Of a stretch of DNA of 64,000 nucleotides, positions 12,414 to 25,393 are shown one piece after another. The position numbers were made by a program, and so were the translations under genes. Numbering within the stretch: the first letter of the stretch is position 1; the number at the start of each line of letters is the position of its first letter. The stretch covers positions 171,430,001 to 171,494,000 of the forward strand of contig NC_042997.1 in the NCBI RefSeq assembly GCF_006345805.1. The letters run 5' to 3'. Source of the stretch: Octopus sinensis. Its lineage: Eukaryota. Below the pieces are notes generated by a model. That model made no database searches. It saw only the letters and a program-made list of their open reading frames with translations, and was not told the DNA's origin.

Positions 12414-15400
12414 TATATATATATATATATATGTAGGTCCTGGGTTGAGTCGGGATTAACCACAGTAAATAAGGTACTCAATACATAGCAGAGTAAATTT
12501 CCTTCTATAAAATAAAATATATATATATATGTATGTGTGTGTATGTTTGTGTCTGCATTTGTCCCCCCAACATTGACAACCGATGCTGGTGTGTTTATGT
12601 CCCCATAACTTAGCGGTTTGGCAAAAGAGACCAATAGAATAACTACTAGGCTTACAAAGAATCAGTCCTGGGGTCAATTTGCTTGACTAAAGGTGGTGCT
12701 CCAGTCAAATGACCGAAACAAGTAAAAGAGTATACTGCTTAGAACACATTCAGATAATTTTTTTTTTTTTTGGTTTGGTTGTTGGAAATGGAGATCTTTA
12801 CCATTTGGTGCCCTGTGCTGAATTCCCGAAATTTTCTGCATAAATGTAGTTTTGCATGCTAATTACGAAAATCACGTTTCTTTGTTTTTCTTTTTTTTTT
12901 CTTAGCAATACTTTCCAACTTTTGCTCAGAGCCAACAAGTTTGAAGAGAGAGAAAAATCAATTTTATATAAATCAATACTCAACTAGTACTCATTTTTTT
13001 CTACTCCGAAAGGATAAAAAGCATAGTTGACCTAGGCCACATTTGAACTCGGAACGTAAAGAGCCGGAAGAAATGTCACTGAGAGTTTTGTCTGGTGCAG
13101 TAATGATTCTGGCAGTCCACTTATGGCAGCCATTTTGGGGAGGGAATGAAGTTGAGTATATTGACCCCAGTGTTTCACTGGTACTTAATTTATCGACCCT
13201 GAGAGGATGAAAGGCAAAGATCAACTTTGCTTTTCATCTTTTCGGGGTCGATAAATTAAGTACCAATGAAACACTGGGGTCAATGTACTCAACTTCATCC
13301 CTTCCCCCAAAATGGCTGCCATAAGTGACAAAATTTGAAACCATTATCATGATTATTATTATTATTATTATTGCGACATAAATAATAAAAACAATATCAA
13401 AACAAACCTTTTAACATTGAAATTATTGTTAATTTTAGCCCAACAGAGAAGCCTCAATAACCGACATGTCAGAAATTGTAATGTGTTTTCCTAGCAACAC
13501 AGTACAGGTAGGTTGCCTCAAAACAATTGTGGAAGCAGATGAAATGGTGTTCTCAAGGATACTTTTAGGGTTTGGCTTCTGTGGTAGTTAATTTCTTTTA
13601 TTTGGAACTGGCGTACTCATTGAGCTACATTACCTTTTGCTTTGCTGTATAAATTAGTTTCGTGATGTCTGTTCAGACTTCATGCCAAGATGTCACAGTT
13701 TTATAAGAAACGACCTGGAAATCCAAGACAAAATGTAAAGTTTCTTTACAATCAGTATATTTCTTTCTCAGCTCACATTTAACTACTCTTTTACTCTTTT
13801 ACTTGTTTCAGTCATGTGACTGTGGTCATGCTGGAGCACCGCCTTTAGTTGAGCAAATCGACCCCAGGACTTATTCTTTGTAAGCCTAGTACTTATTCTA
13901 TCGATTTATTTAGCCGAATCGCTAAGTTACGGGGACGTAAACACACCAGTGTCGGTTGTCAAGCGATATTGGGGGGACAAACACAGACACACAAACATAT
14001 ACACACACACATACATACATATATATATATATACATATATACGACGGGCTTCTTTAAGTTTCCATCAACCAAATCTGCTCAAAAGGCTGTGGTCGCCTCG
14101 AGGCTATAATAGAAAACACGTGTCCAAAGTGCCACGCTGTTTGATTGAACCCGGAACCATGTGTTTCGAAGCAAACTTCTTATCAAACAGCACGCCTGCG
14201 TTGTGATTAGTAAAAAAAAAACCCTACAAATCTTAATACACTTTCAAGAATAAACGAGTTCTTTTAACCCTGTACTATTATAGCATTCAAACATATCTTG
14301 ACAAAAGAAAATATAGCCATTGTTAGCATCGCTTTCATATTATCATTTTTTCATTTAATAATTCATTTTTCATAAATTTAATTATAATGTTCTACGTCCC
14401 CAATGTCTTGTGGTGTCCCCTCTGTGTCGCCCCTAGTGGGTAATAAAGAAAGAAGAAAATATAGCCATTGTTTGCACAGTTAACTCAAGATACGATTTTC
14501 CCCAAACTGCAGACTTGGGACTTTCTAAATGGCACCCTTAACGAAAAATTACCTCGAAATTTTTTAGCAGTGCGCCCACCGAATCCAGGTAAAAAAAAGT
14601 TACAGGAAAAAAAAAATGGTAACGTTTAGCACTGTTTCTGCATCTTTCTCTAATAGAGAAGTTAACTGTCGAATTCTCACCTTTTTAAGCTTAATGTGTC
14701 AATCAGTTTCTAAAGGAATATGCAGAACTGATGGTAAATTAATGATTTTCTTTCCTAGCCAAAATTGCGACTTTTTTCTATGTGACTTTATTACCGGCCA
14801 CTGCGCTAACCTGATGATGAACGATGTCCCATGTTGCCCGCTTTTCGAAAAACGTAACTCATTCTTAGTCTAACGAAGTCAAACCGAAAGAATACGTTAG
14901 GCAACGATGTAATTCTAGATAAAATGAGATGATGGCAAGAGTTAGAATGTTAAATTACGGATACAGTTTATTTTGTATTATAGCTTAAATGGCTAGACAC
15001 GGGAATCATTAATGTAATTATCAAGATGAAATTTACGTGACACTGTGTATAATAAGGTTTAGTAAAATCCATCTTGCGTTAAAATATTAGTAGCTAAATA
15101 TTCCACGGGTATTCGTATAATTAGAGTAATTCTCAAATAGCTATCTGCGTCACCCAAAGTATACAAGGTCATGGCTTTTACATTAATACAGATCCCTTTG
15201 TTCATTTTATATTCTATTTTTATTTTTAAATTCCAATTATCTTCCCAATTTCACTCAAATAACTTGGGTCTACCCTATGTCACGGTAGAATACATTTGCC
15301 CAGTTATTGGTTTATGACAGCGAATCGACTTCTGGAGCATTCAACCATGCTTACGTTCGAGATTTCCTGTTTTTCTTTATTGGGTTTTTCTTTTATTTTG

Positions 15401-17764
15401 CTATTTTCTTATTTCAATAAATTGTATTATTTTTTTCTTTCAATTGCTGTTGCTTTCCCGAGTTTTTATTGAAATATTTCCAGTGTTAAAAAAAAAATTA
15501 TAAAAAGAAGCACGTGTGTGTTTGTTCGTTTTTTTTTTTTGTATGTGTGTAATAAATACACACATACAAAAATACAACTACGAAGTCAAACCGAACACGA
15601 CACGCAATTATACAAAACCAAATACATTCGCATCCATACAAACATACACAGCACGAGCTAATAAGGATCCCCTTTACTGAACGTTATCGATTGAATTACA
15701 AGAAATAACAGCCAAATTACCTTCCCCGTGATCCCAACTGTCTTATAATAGGAAGTACCCTTTAGAAAATATGGTCCTAGACAGAACATCTGTAAAAACA
15801 AAGACATGTCAACCAGAGCTAGCCTGGGCATAAAAAAAACGCATATACATTAAAGTCGCGCACACATACAACGTAGATAAGAATTCTCATACATATTTAT
15901 ATTATCATGCATACATATATTACATCCACATGCATGCATTATCAACCATAAAGACAAACATTCATTCACTTAATTTTCGTTTAATGGATAGAGTTTTGGA
16001 ATAGTTCTTCCTGGAAGTCTTATACCTGATAGAAAAGAAAAAGGGTACGGTAGTAAGGATGCAAAAGTTTTTATTAAAAAAATAGAAATTTTTTCGAACA
16101 AATTTCTTCTGCGTTTAATTTCCACTGTATAAAACAATACTAAAAATATTACCCTTTTCCTTTCACATAAGGTATGGAACTTCGAGGGGGAAAAACTACG
16201 CCATTAAATGTAGGTATTCATTCAATTTTAGTCTCGCTACGAAAACAGATGTTTATTGCAAAAAGAAGAAAAACGAGAGAAAGAAAAAAATTGGGGATCG
16301 TATATTTTGGAAAGATATACAAACATTTGTTTACATCTTGCAGTGAGGCTAAAATTGCAGAGATACCAGAATAAAATTCGAATTATCAATTAAACGGTGT
16401 GTATCGCATAATTAATGAATTAAATACCCCTCTTCGTTGTCAATGAATGCACTATTGTGCAAATTAGACCGGTCATATCAGCTGAATTCTAGTTTGTGTT
16501 TGATTTAAATATATAGCAATACCCTATTAATCTCTCCGTGGGTAGAAAATGCAGATATTTGTTGTTATATACGATGAAATAAATAGACAGGGCGATCCCA
16601 AATTCTTCTCTCTGCCCACGAAGTGATAAAAAAAAAAACATTTGCTTATGCCCAAATTGTTGGCATTAGGTGTTTACCGACGTTAGATTTCAGATTATGC
16701 AATAAAATGCTGTATATTGCATTATTAATTAATGAATTAGACATACATAGTCATTTCCACATGTTACATTCGGCAATGTACACCCACACGAAAGCGCAGA
16801 CACACACACACACACACATAACTAACCTCGAAGCCGACTACACAAACACACAGCAGATACAATGGTACACATACGCACGCATACGTGACCAAGGAAATAA
16901 TTACGAATAACACAATTATCCAAAGAGGCAATCACTGGCACGCACACATACCTGCCTGTCATAAATATATATATACACACACACACACACACACGTTCAC
17001 GCTGTATAGATAGATACACGCATCCAGGATGTGCGGATACAAACATACACATACATCCATAGACTGCGAACACACATTTCCGCTGTGTAAATGCATACAT
17101 ACACACATCAAAAACGTGCTGAGGCAATCACTATCACATATCCAAACTCTGCACTCACGTATACATCCATTATATGCACACACACACATACACACAACCA
17201 CAAATTATATATATCGACACATACATAACACTATTTGAGCCACGCTATACACTATACCAATCTTTATATCTCCTAAAGTACACATACAAACACGCACGCA
17301 CGAACACACTCATGTCATCCTAACAATGGAAACAGACACTACATTGAACTAAGCGTGTGTGTATGTGTGTGTGTCAATAAAGCGAATAGCAAATTGTACC
17401 ACGTATATATATATGTGAATGAGTGTGTGTGTGTGTAGAACTAACTGTATTGCGTATATAGAGTAAATTACATTATGTGTATAGGTGACTGAGTGCGTGT
17501 GTAGAGCGAATTATACTGTGTACATATGTGAGTGCGTTTACAGCGAATTGTATTGCATATGTATATGTATGTGCGTGTGTGTACAGAACTGTTGTAATGA
17601 CTGTCTAGAAATTATACTGTACGTGAACGAAGCTTATTATATCGTGTATGTGTTTGTGAATGTATCGTTATTGTAACTGCGTGTTTCTGGTGTGTAGTGC
17701 TTTATTGTTTGTTACTCGATGTGAATCTGTGCATTTGTTTTGGTATGTGTGTAAGGTTGTAATG

Positions 17765-17846
17765 CTATCTATCTATCTATCTATTTATTTATCTACCTTC
17801 CTACCTACCTACCTATCTATCTGTCGGTCTAAGTATCTATGTCTGC

Positions 17847-17877
<31 letters not shown>

Positions 17878-17902
17878 TCTGTCGGTCTATCTTTTATCTA
17901 TG

Positions 17903-17941
<39 letters not shown>

Positions 17942-18042
17942 GTCGGTCTAAGTATCTATGTCTGCCTGTCTGTCTGTCTATCTATTTATCTCTCTGTCGG
18001 GCTATCTAAGTATCTATGTCAGTCTATCTATCTATCTATCTA

Positions 18043-18099
<57 letters not shown>

Positions 18100-18346
18100 A
18101 TCTATCTGTCGGTCTAAGTATATGTCTGCCTGTCTGTCTGTCTATCTATTTATCTATCTGTCGGTCAATCTAAGTATCTATGTCTGTCTGTTTGTCTATC
18201 TATCTGTCGGTCTAAGTATCTATGTCTGCCTGTCTGTCTATCTATTTATCTATCTGTCGGTCTATCTAAGTATTTATGTCTGTTTGTCTATCTATCTATC
18301 TATCTACCTATCTATCTTTCTGTCTATCTATCTATCTATCTCTCTG

Positions 18347-18390
<44 letters not shown>

Positions 18391-18450
18391 ACATATCATC
18401 TTCATATCTGCTTATCACCACCTTTCTATCTTTCTATCTTTCTATCTTTC
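17765..18450. repeat. Compound (TCTA)n microsatellite with recurring punctuation motif
   Basis: TCTA arrays are repeatedly interrupted by tgtcggtctaagtatctatgtc-like cassettes. Confidence 0.9.
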
Positions 18451-19096
18451 TATCTATCCGTTTATATTTAACTTGTGAGTATATGATTTATATATGTGTG
18501 TGTGTGTGTGTGCTAATATTTTCGTATGTTGTGTCAATATGTTCATTTATACGTAAGGCGCCCCTTATTTGTACGAATATATTATATGTGTGTGTATAAC
18601 GTAAAGTGCGTACTGATATGTTCGCAACGGGCAAGTAACCCATTAAAACAAATATTTACAAACACCAGAAACAAATAAAGGACAAATAAAGCAATTGCAA
18701 ACAAATTAATAAACTAAACAACATTCGCGTATAGCTAGATATATCCCCATATCTATCAGTGTACTTATATGTATATACGTGTATTCATAAGCATATTCGC
18801 ACGCACATACGTACGTACATATATGCGAAGTAACAAAGTGGGTCTCCGTCGGTTTCAACAATAGGAAGTCTGTTATTCGATATACTGAACTTGTGTATAA
18901 ACGAACGAACAAGCGACTTAGTATCCCACGACAGTAATACCCTTTTCCCCCCTAGGGATAGGATTGGCTGTGTGGTTAAGAAACCAGTTTTATCACGAAG
19001 TGGTTTCGGGTTTAGTCACACTGCACGGCACCTTGGTGAGTGGTTTCTACTATAGCGCTGACCAATGCCTTCTGAGGGAAACCGCAAGGAAGCTCG

Positions 19097-19157
<61 letters not shown>

Positions 19158-19251
19158 AAGAGAGAGAGTTTACGAAAAAAACAAAGGACGAAGACAGGTG
19201 GTGTAGAAAACAAACAGATGTATTAGTATAACGCTCAGGAATAGAAAAAGT

Positions 19252-19287
19252 CTTTTACGTTTCGAGCCTACGCTCTTCTACAGAAAG
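19252..19287 (-). ncRNA. Minimal hammerhead-like motif (core variant)
   Basis: Minus strand CTTT-CTGTAGA-A-GAGC-GTAG-GCTC-GAAAC-GTA-AAAG; stems I, II and palindromic III are intact, and core A6 is replaced by U. Confidence 0.5.
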
Positions 19288-20443
19288 GGACACAGAAAAA
19301 ACATGGAGAGAAAAAAATGTGTGTAGTGGCTAACGATCTTATATATATATATATTTGTGTATCTCTGTGTGCAACCATGTAGTAAATATATAAACAGGGC
19401 AACTTAATAAGTTCTCCGGAGATTGAAAAAAATAATGATAATAAATAATCGATGACCAGTCATAATTAATTTTCGAATTTTATTGAATTCTTATCAGTGG
19501 GAACTTTCATAAATTAGATCTACATTACGATAGTGAGTTGCTAAGCTGTTTATATACTAAACAAATACATTAGTTACAAAGAACTGGGCCTAGTAATTTT
19601 TATATTACAAGTGTTTAACACTCTCTTAAATATCAAGAGCCTGTCAACGAGGATCTCAGTTCAGACAGTACCAAGGTATGATATATGGAACCTCTGTGTG
19701 TGTGTGTGTGGGGGGGGGGTGCCACACTACAACCACTTGATAACCAGTGTTGGTATGTTTATATTCCTGTTACCTAGCAGTTCAGCAAAAGAGAACAATG
19801 GAGTAAGCACCAGATTTTAAAATGAATCCTAAAATCCTAAAAAATGAATTTATTCAAATCTAGATTTAAAAATGAATCCTAAAATCCTAAAAAATGAATT
19901 TATTCAACTAAACAAGTGGTTCTCAACCAAGGCTCATATGACCCTTGGAGGTCCACATAAGATTTTGTTGTTAAAATTTATGAGCAATGAATAGGCGCAT
20001 GAGTGGCTGTGTGGTAAGAAGCTTGCCTCCAAACCACAGGGTTCTGGGTTCAATCCCACTGCATAGCACCTTGGGCAAATGTCTCCAACCAAAGCCTTAT
20101 GAGTGGATTTGATAGATGGAAACTGAAAGAAGCCCATATATATGTATATATATATATACAGGGCCATGAATGATCTTATCCCATATTTTGGATTTATATA
20201 TGTATATATATATATATGTATTTGTGTGTCTGTGCTTGTCCCCCCACCATTACTTGACAACCAATGTTGGTGTGCTTACGTCCCCATAACTTAGCGGTTT
20301 GGCAAAAGAGACCAATAGAATAAGTACTAAGCTTACAAAGAATAAGTCCTGCATAGATATATATACAGGCATGCGTACACATGCATATATGTACATCCAT
20401 ATATACATGCACCTATATATCCATACATACATGCACATACATA

Positions 20444-20659
20444 TTAGGGTGTGCTGAAAAGTTCCTGACTTTAAGGGTGTCATGAAAGGTCTGGTTGGAG
20501 GCTCAACCTTCTGAGTTTTTTGCAGGGCTTAGAAAAACTGAAGGGCCGCTGCAATAAGTGTGTGAGTCTGAGAGAGGAATATGCTGAATAAAATCATAAT
20601 TAGCTGATCCTCCTGTATTTTCTTTTAACCAAAGCCCGGAACTTTTCAGCAATCTCTTG
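20444..20659. mobile_element. mariner-derived MITE
   Basis: TA flanks; TIRs gggtgtgctgaaaagttcc / ggaacttttcagc; internal KLKGRCNKCVSLRxEYAE-like transposase tail. Confidence 0.75.
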
Positions 20660-21260
20660 TACATATGGAGGTGCATGGCTTAGTGGTTAGGGTGTACGCA
20701 TCATGATCGTAAGATTGTGGTTTCAATTCCTGGACCGGGCAACGCATTGTGTTCTTGAGCAAAACACTTCATTTCACGTTGCTCCAGTCCAGGCAGCTGG
20801 CAAAAATGAATAACGTTGTGATGGACTGGCATCCCGTCCAGCTGGGGAACGCATGCACCATAGAAACTGGGAAACTGGGCCCATGAACCTGGCTAGGCTT
20901 TAAAAAGGGTGCAATGGCGGTGCATCAGCATGGCTGCAGCTCTGAGCTGAAACTAGAGAGAAAAAGAAATGTACACTCATGGATATACATATCCTTCTAT
21001 CTATGCATACACATATATATTCACATACATTTATGCATATTTACATACAAGCAAACTCAGATGTCATAATGGAGATATTTTAAATGCTTCCTCATCACAT
21101 GTATGTACATAAACTGCTTTTATTATGTGTGTCCAGGACTGTCATAGTTGTAGAGCTTGTTGCCTAGCCTGAGGTCAACTGATCAAGTAAAATATTGATC
21201 AAAGGCACTCCAACTGTGACAATCCTGTCTATATTATCAAATGTTCCCTTTAAGATAGAA

Positions 21261-21498
21261 GTCACCAGCATCAAAGCCATGCTGTTAAAGTTACAGTCAC
21301 ACTGGGCAGGACACATTTCCTGAATGGAAGATTATCTTTGAGACAAGATTGTGCTGTAGGGCGAACTCTCCACATTTGACAGAAGGCTGCCAAAGAAAGA
21401 GTATAATAGGCACTTTGAAGAACTCCCTTGATGTCTATTAAATTGACTATTGACAATTGTCTGCTATTGCTTCCATTTGTGATGTATGGTGATATACC
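21261..21498 (+). mobile_element. RTE-BovB-like LINE 3' fragment
   Basis: Translates (with stops and frameshifts) to TSIKAMLLKLQSHWAGHIS*MED...KIVL*GELST, matching the RTE C-terminal WAGHVxRM motif. Confidence 0.75.
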
Positions 21499-21504
21499 GT
21501 TTAC

Positions 21505-21983
21505 CTATTTCTTTATTACCCACAAGGGGCTAAACATAGAAGGGACAAACAAGGACAGACATAGGTATTAAGTCGATTACATCGACCCCAGTGCATAACT
21601 GGTACTTAATTTATCAACCCCAAAAGGATGAAAGGCAAAGTCAACCTCGGCGAAATTTGAACTCATAACGTAACGACAGACAAAATACGGCTGCGCATTT
21701 CGCCCGGCGTGCTAACGATTCTGCCAGCTCACCGCCTTGTGATATACCTATTTCTTTACTACCCACGAGGGGCTAAACACAGAGTGGACAAACAAGGACA
21801 GACGAACGGATTAAGTCGATTACATCGACCCCAGTGCGTAACTGGTACTTAATTTATCGACCCCAAAAGGATGAAAGGCAAAGTCGGCCTCGGCAGAATT
21901 TGAACTCACAACGTAACGGCAGCCGAAATACCGCAAAGCATTTCGCCCGACGTGCTAATGATTCTGCCAGCTCGCCGCCTCTG
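21505..21983 (-). mobile_element. Two head-to-tail copies of the second SINE family
   Basis: Copies at ~21505-21738 and ~21749-21983 with nested TSD-like tgatatac motifs. Other copies lie at ~24695-24895, ~47290-47505 and ~38020-38330. Confidence 0.8.
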
Positions 21984-22517
21984 CCTTCTGATATACTGTT
22001 TACCTGTTTGTCTCCTGCAAGACTGTATGTAGGGCTGCCTTTAAGGACAAAAGAAGACTAAGGAAGACTGTAACACGGATTGGTGCTGAAACTTGAACCG
22101 AATTTCTTTTGCAGCTGCTGTGACTTGGTTTGCTTATTCTGTATTGGTTTATTTTACCATCCTTGAGCCTGGAGAGTTGAAGCCCAGTGGTGACTAAATG
22201 GTGAACCCTCATTTGTGAAGCCAAGGAAAGATGATGAGGGTGTTATTTGAAGGAAACTCGGTTGCTATGTCTAGCAGGTTGAAGGACCATGTAGAGGTTA
22301 TCTTGTTAGGTAGAGCATATGAAATAATGGGAAGGGGGAATGTATTAGACAATGTAGTCCTAAATATACTATTTATATATCTGTCTATGCCTGTCTGTTT
22401 ATCCATGTACCTATCTGTCTGTCCATCCATCTGTTCGTCTGTCCATCTTGCCATCCGTTCATCTGTCCATCCATCCATTTGTCTCTTCTCTGTGCTAAAC
22501 TAATTTAAAAAAGAAAA

Positions 22518-22931
22518 GGTGATCTTTCGTCTCTAGTAGACCTTTCCGTCGATTTCCGTAAAAAAATTTCTTTTTTTTTACATATGGGTTGCGGGAACTT
22601 TTGAAGTAATGAGAGCGAAAGAGACTAAGAGAAAGCGATTGTATGACGAGGGAAGTTCTTTTGAAGTTACCGTGCATGGGAGCATTGATGTGTGTGTGTG
22701 TGTTTGATGGGGTGTGGGAGACAGACAGTATGTTGTGTAAGTGAAGTGCTTCTGTTAGTGTGTGTGAAGAGACAGAGTAATGTGTGAAAGAAAGAGATAA
22801 CTGAAATTTTTTACTCGGTGTATGTGTATATGTATGTATATTACTTCAAAAGTTCCCGCAAGCCCATATGTAAAAAAAAAAATTTTTTTACGGAAATCGA
22901 CGGAAAGGTCTACTAGAGATGAAAAATCGCC
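22518..22931. mobile_element. MITE with ~100-bp TIRs and 8-bp TSD (MULE/Merlin-like)
   Basis: GGTGAT..TCTAGTAGACCTTTCCGTCGATTTCCGTAAAA...CTTTTGAAGTAAT is inverted at ~22840-22931; AAAGAAAA flanks both sides. Confidence 0.85.
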
Positions 22932-23244
22932 AAAGAAAAAAATGGTTTGACCGATTGATTATATAAAATATCCAAAGCAAAAATTCAAAAGCCAGCACAT
23001 GTGAGAAAAAGTATACCACGTCACCTTATATACAAAATTCACCACAATTACGGAGATGTACTTGCATAGCAAGTGACTTGATCTGAGATCGTGTGCTGGA
23101 ACAAAAACAATTGCTGTGTGGAAGTTGTTTATAAGCCATTTAAGAAATACACAAAACTGTTAGATTCACTTCAACATTCAAATTTAATTTGTCAAAATAT
23201 TATCGTCGGTTTGAGATCGCGACCTGTTCACTGACAATTTTCTC

Positions 23245-23670
23245 TCTATATATAAACGGCAGTTTGTCTGTCTGTGTGTCTGTGTGGCTGTCAGGTTGTA
23301 CCCTCACCCTGACCACGGCTTTCAACTGATTGTGATGAAACTTGACACACACATAGCCCAATGTCATAATTCAAAACTAACGCAGCGAAAATTTTGAAAA
23401 GTTCCCCCATTTCTGAAAGAAATCGATAAATTCGACATGGGGTCAAGAATCTAAGCTTTTTATATGCAACACATTTTCTGTTGTAGTTTTCACAACTTGC
23501 AATCGGGAGACAGCTAGGAACATCATATACATAGAAGTATTCGAGTTAAGAGAAGACATTGCAACCTACACATGCGCCTTCGTTCCCTAGAGGGAAAGAA
23601 CTAGATTGGGATTAGTCGTTGCCTACTAGGGGTTCTTACATACCCGGGCAACGCCGGGCTATGCTGCTAG
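23245..23670 (+). mobile_element. Non-autonomous Helitron-like element
   Basis: 5' TCTATATATAAA; 3' GC hairpin CCCGGGCAACGCCGGG followed by CTAG|T. Confidence 0.7.
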
Positions 23671-25362
23671 TTTTTTATAAAATATGATATCCTGATTTCC
23701 TTTCTCCCATCGTTCCGTCTTCTTTTCTTTGTTTGATTCTTTTCTTTTTTCCTTCTCTATTCATTTTCATTTTCTTACTTTTTCTTCCCTCTTCTTTCCT
23801 TCGGTTTTTCTTTCTTTTTCTTTTTTTCTTTTTTTTCATTCTTCCTCCCTGCTCTCTCACTCTTTTCGCTCTCACTTTTTTTTATTTCATTTTATTTTAC
23901 ATTCCCTAAATATGTCACAATGTTCAATAGTTAGAATAGTAAACTTATTTGCATAATGGGCCATAATTAAATATTTACAACAAATGAATATAATTGTCTT
24001 TACTAAGATTACATAGGTTTCTGAATTTCACAGACGTTATAACGAAAACACAGACTCATTATGTTTTGTGCACTAGTTAACGATAGATCAATCAAGATAA
24101 TTGATACTTTGTACTTGAAATGTTTTCTTTAGAAATGGTAAGATGGTCAAAATCTGTGGCAGGTGAATGGCAAGCTTAGTAGATCATAATGCAAATACCA
24201 TGTGGTGTTTGGTTACGTTCCTTTGTTTTTTTTTTTGTTCAAATCCCACTTAGATTTATTTTTACCCTTCATCCCAATTGAGGTCAATAAAATAAGTTCC
24301 TAGAAACTCACTTTGAAACCATGTGATTTCTGGTTCATTCCCACTGTGTGGTACCTTGGGCTTGTGTCTTCTATGATAGCATCTGATTGACCACTGCCAT
24401 GTGAGTGAATTTTATTGATGGAAACTGTGTGGAAGGCAGGCATACACATACATACATACATACATACATACATACATACATACATACATACATACATACA
24501 TACAAATATACATACATGCACACACACATATAGGTGCAGGCATGGCTGTGTGGTAAGAAGCTTGCTTCCCCACCCACATGGTTTCAGGTTCAGTCCCACT
24601 GTGTGGCACCTTGGGCTAGTGTCTTCTACTACTGCTTCAAAGTGGATTTGGTAGACAGAAACTGAAAGAAGCCTATCAGGCTTCTTTCAGTTTCTTAAGA
24701 CGGCAAGCTGGCAGAAACGTTAGTGCGCTGGGTGAAATGCTTAGTGGTATTTTGTCTACCGTTATGTTCTAAGTTCGAATTCAGCTGAGGTTGACTTTGC
24801 CTTTCATCCTTTCGGGGTCGATAAATAAAGAACCAGTTTCGCACTGGTTTGTCCCCTCTATGTTTAGCCCCTTGTGGGCAATAAAGAAATAAGAAACTGA
24901 AAGTAGCCTGTCTTAATGTCTGCTTTCCATACGGGCATGGGTTGGATGGTTTGACTGAAAACTGGTAAGCTGCACCACATTTCAAGCTGATTTGGCATAG
25001 TTTCTACAGCTGAATGCCCTTCCTAACACTGACCACTCCAATAATGTAGTGGGTGCTTTTCATATGTCACCACCTCAGTGAGGTTTCCATGTGCCACCAG
25101 TTACAAAACACCAGCATCAGCTACAACTATGATCTCACTTGGCTTGATAGTCCTTCTCAAGTATGGTATACTGCCAAAGGTCTCTGTTACTTGTCACTGC
25201 CTCTGTGAGGCCCAAAGTTCAAAGGGTTCTTTTTATGTGCCACTAGCATGGGTGCCAGGTACGTAACACTGGCATTGGCCACAACTATGATTTCACTTGT
25301 CTTGAGAGGTCTTCTGAAGCACACCATATCACCCAATGTTCGAAGGGTGCTTTTTATATGTG

Positions 25363-25393
<31 letters not shown>

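Noticed and set aside
17660-18391. 243-aa ORF (YLSI repeats)
   Set aside because: Translation of a (TCTA)n microsatellite.
19812-19907. 50-bp tandem duplication
   Set aside because: Real but trivial local slippage in AT-rich DNA.
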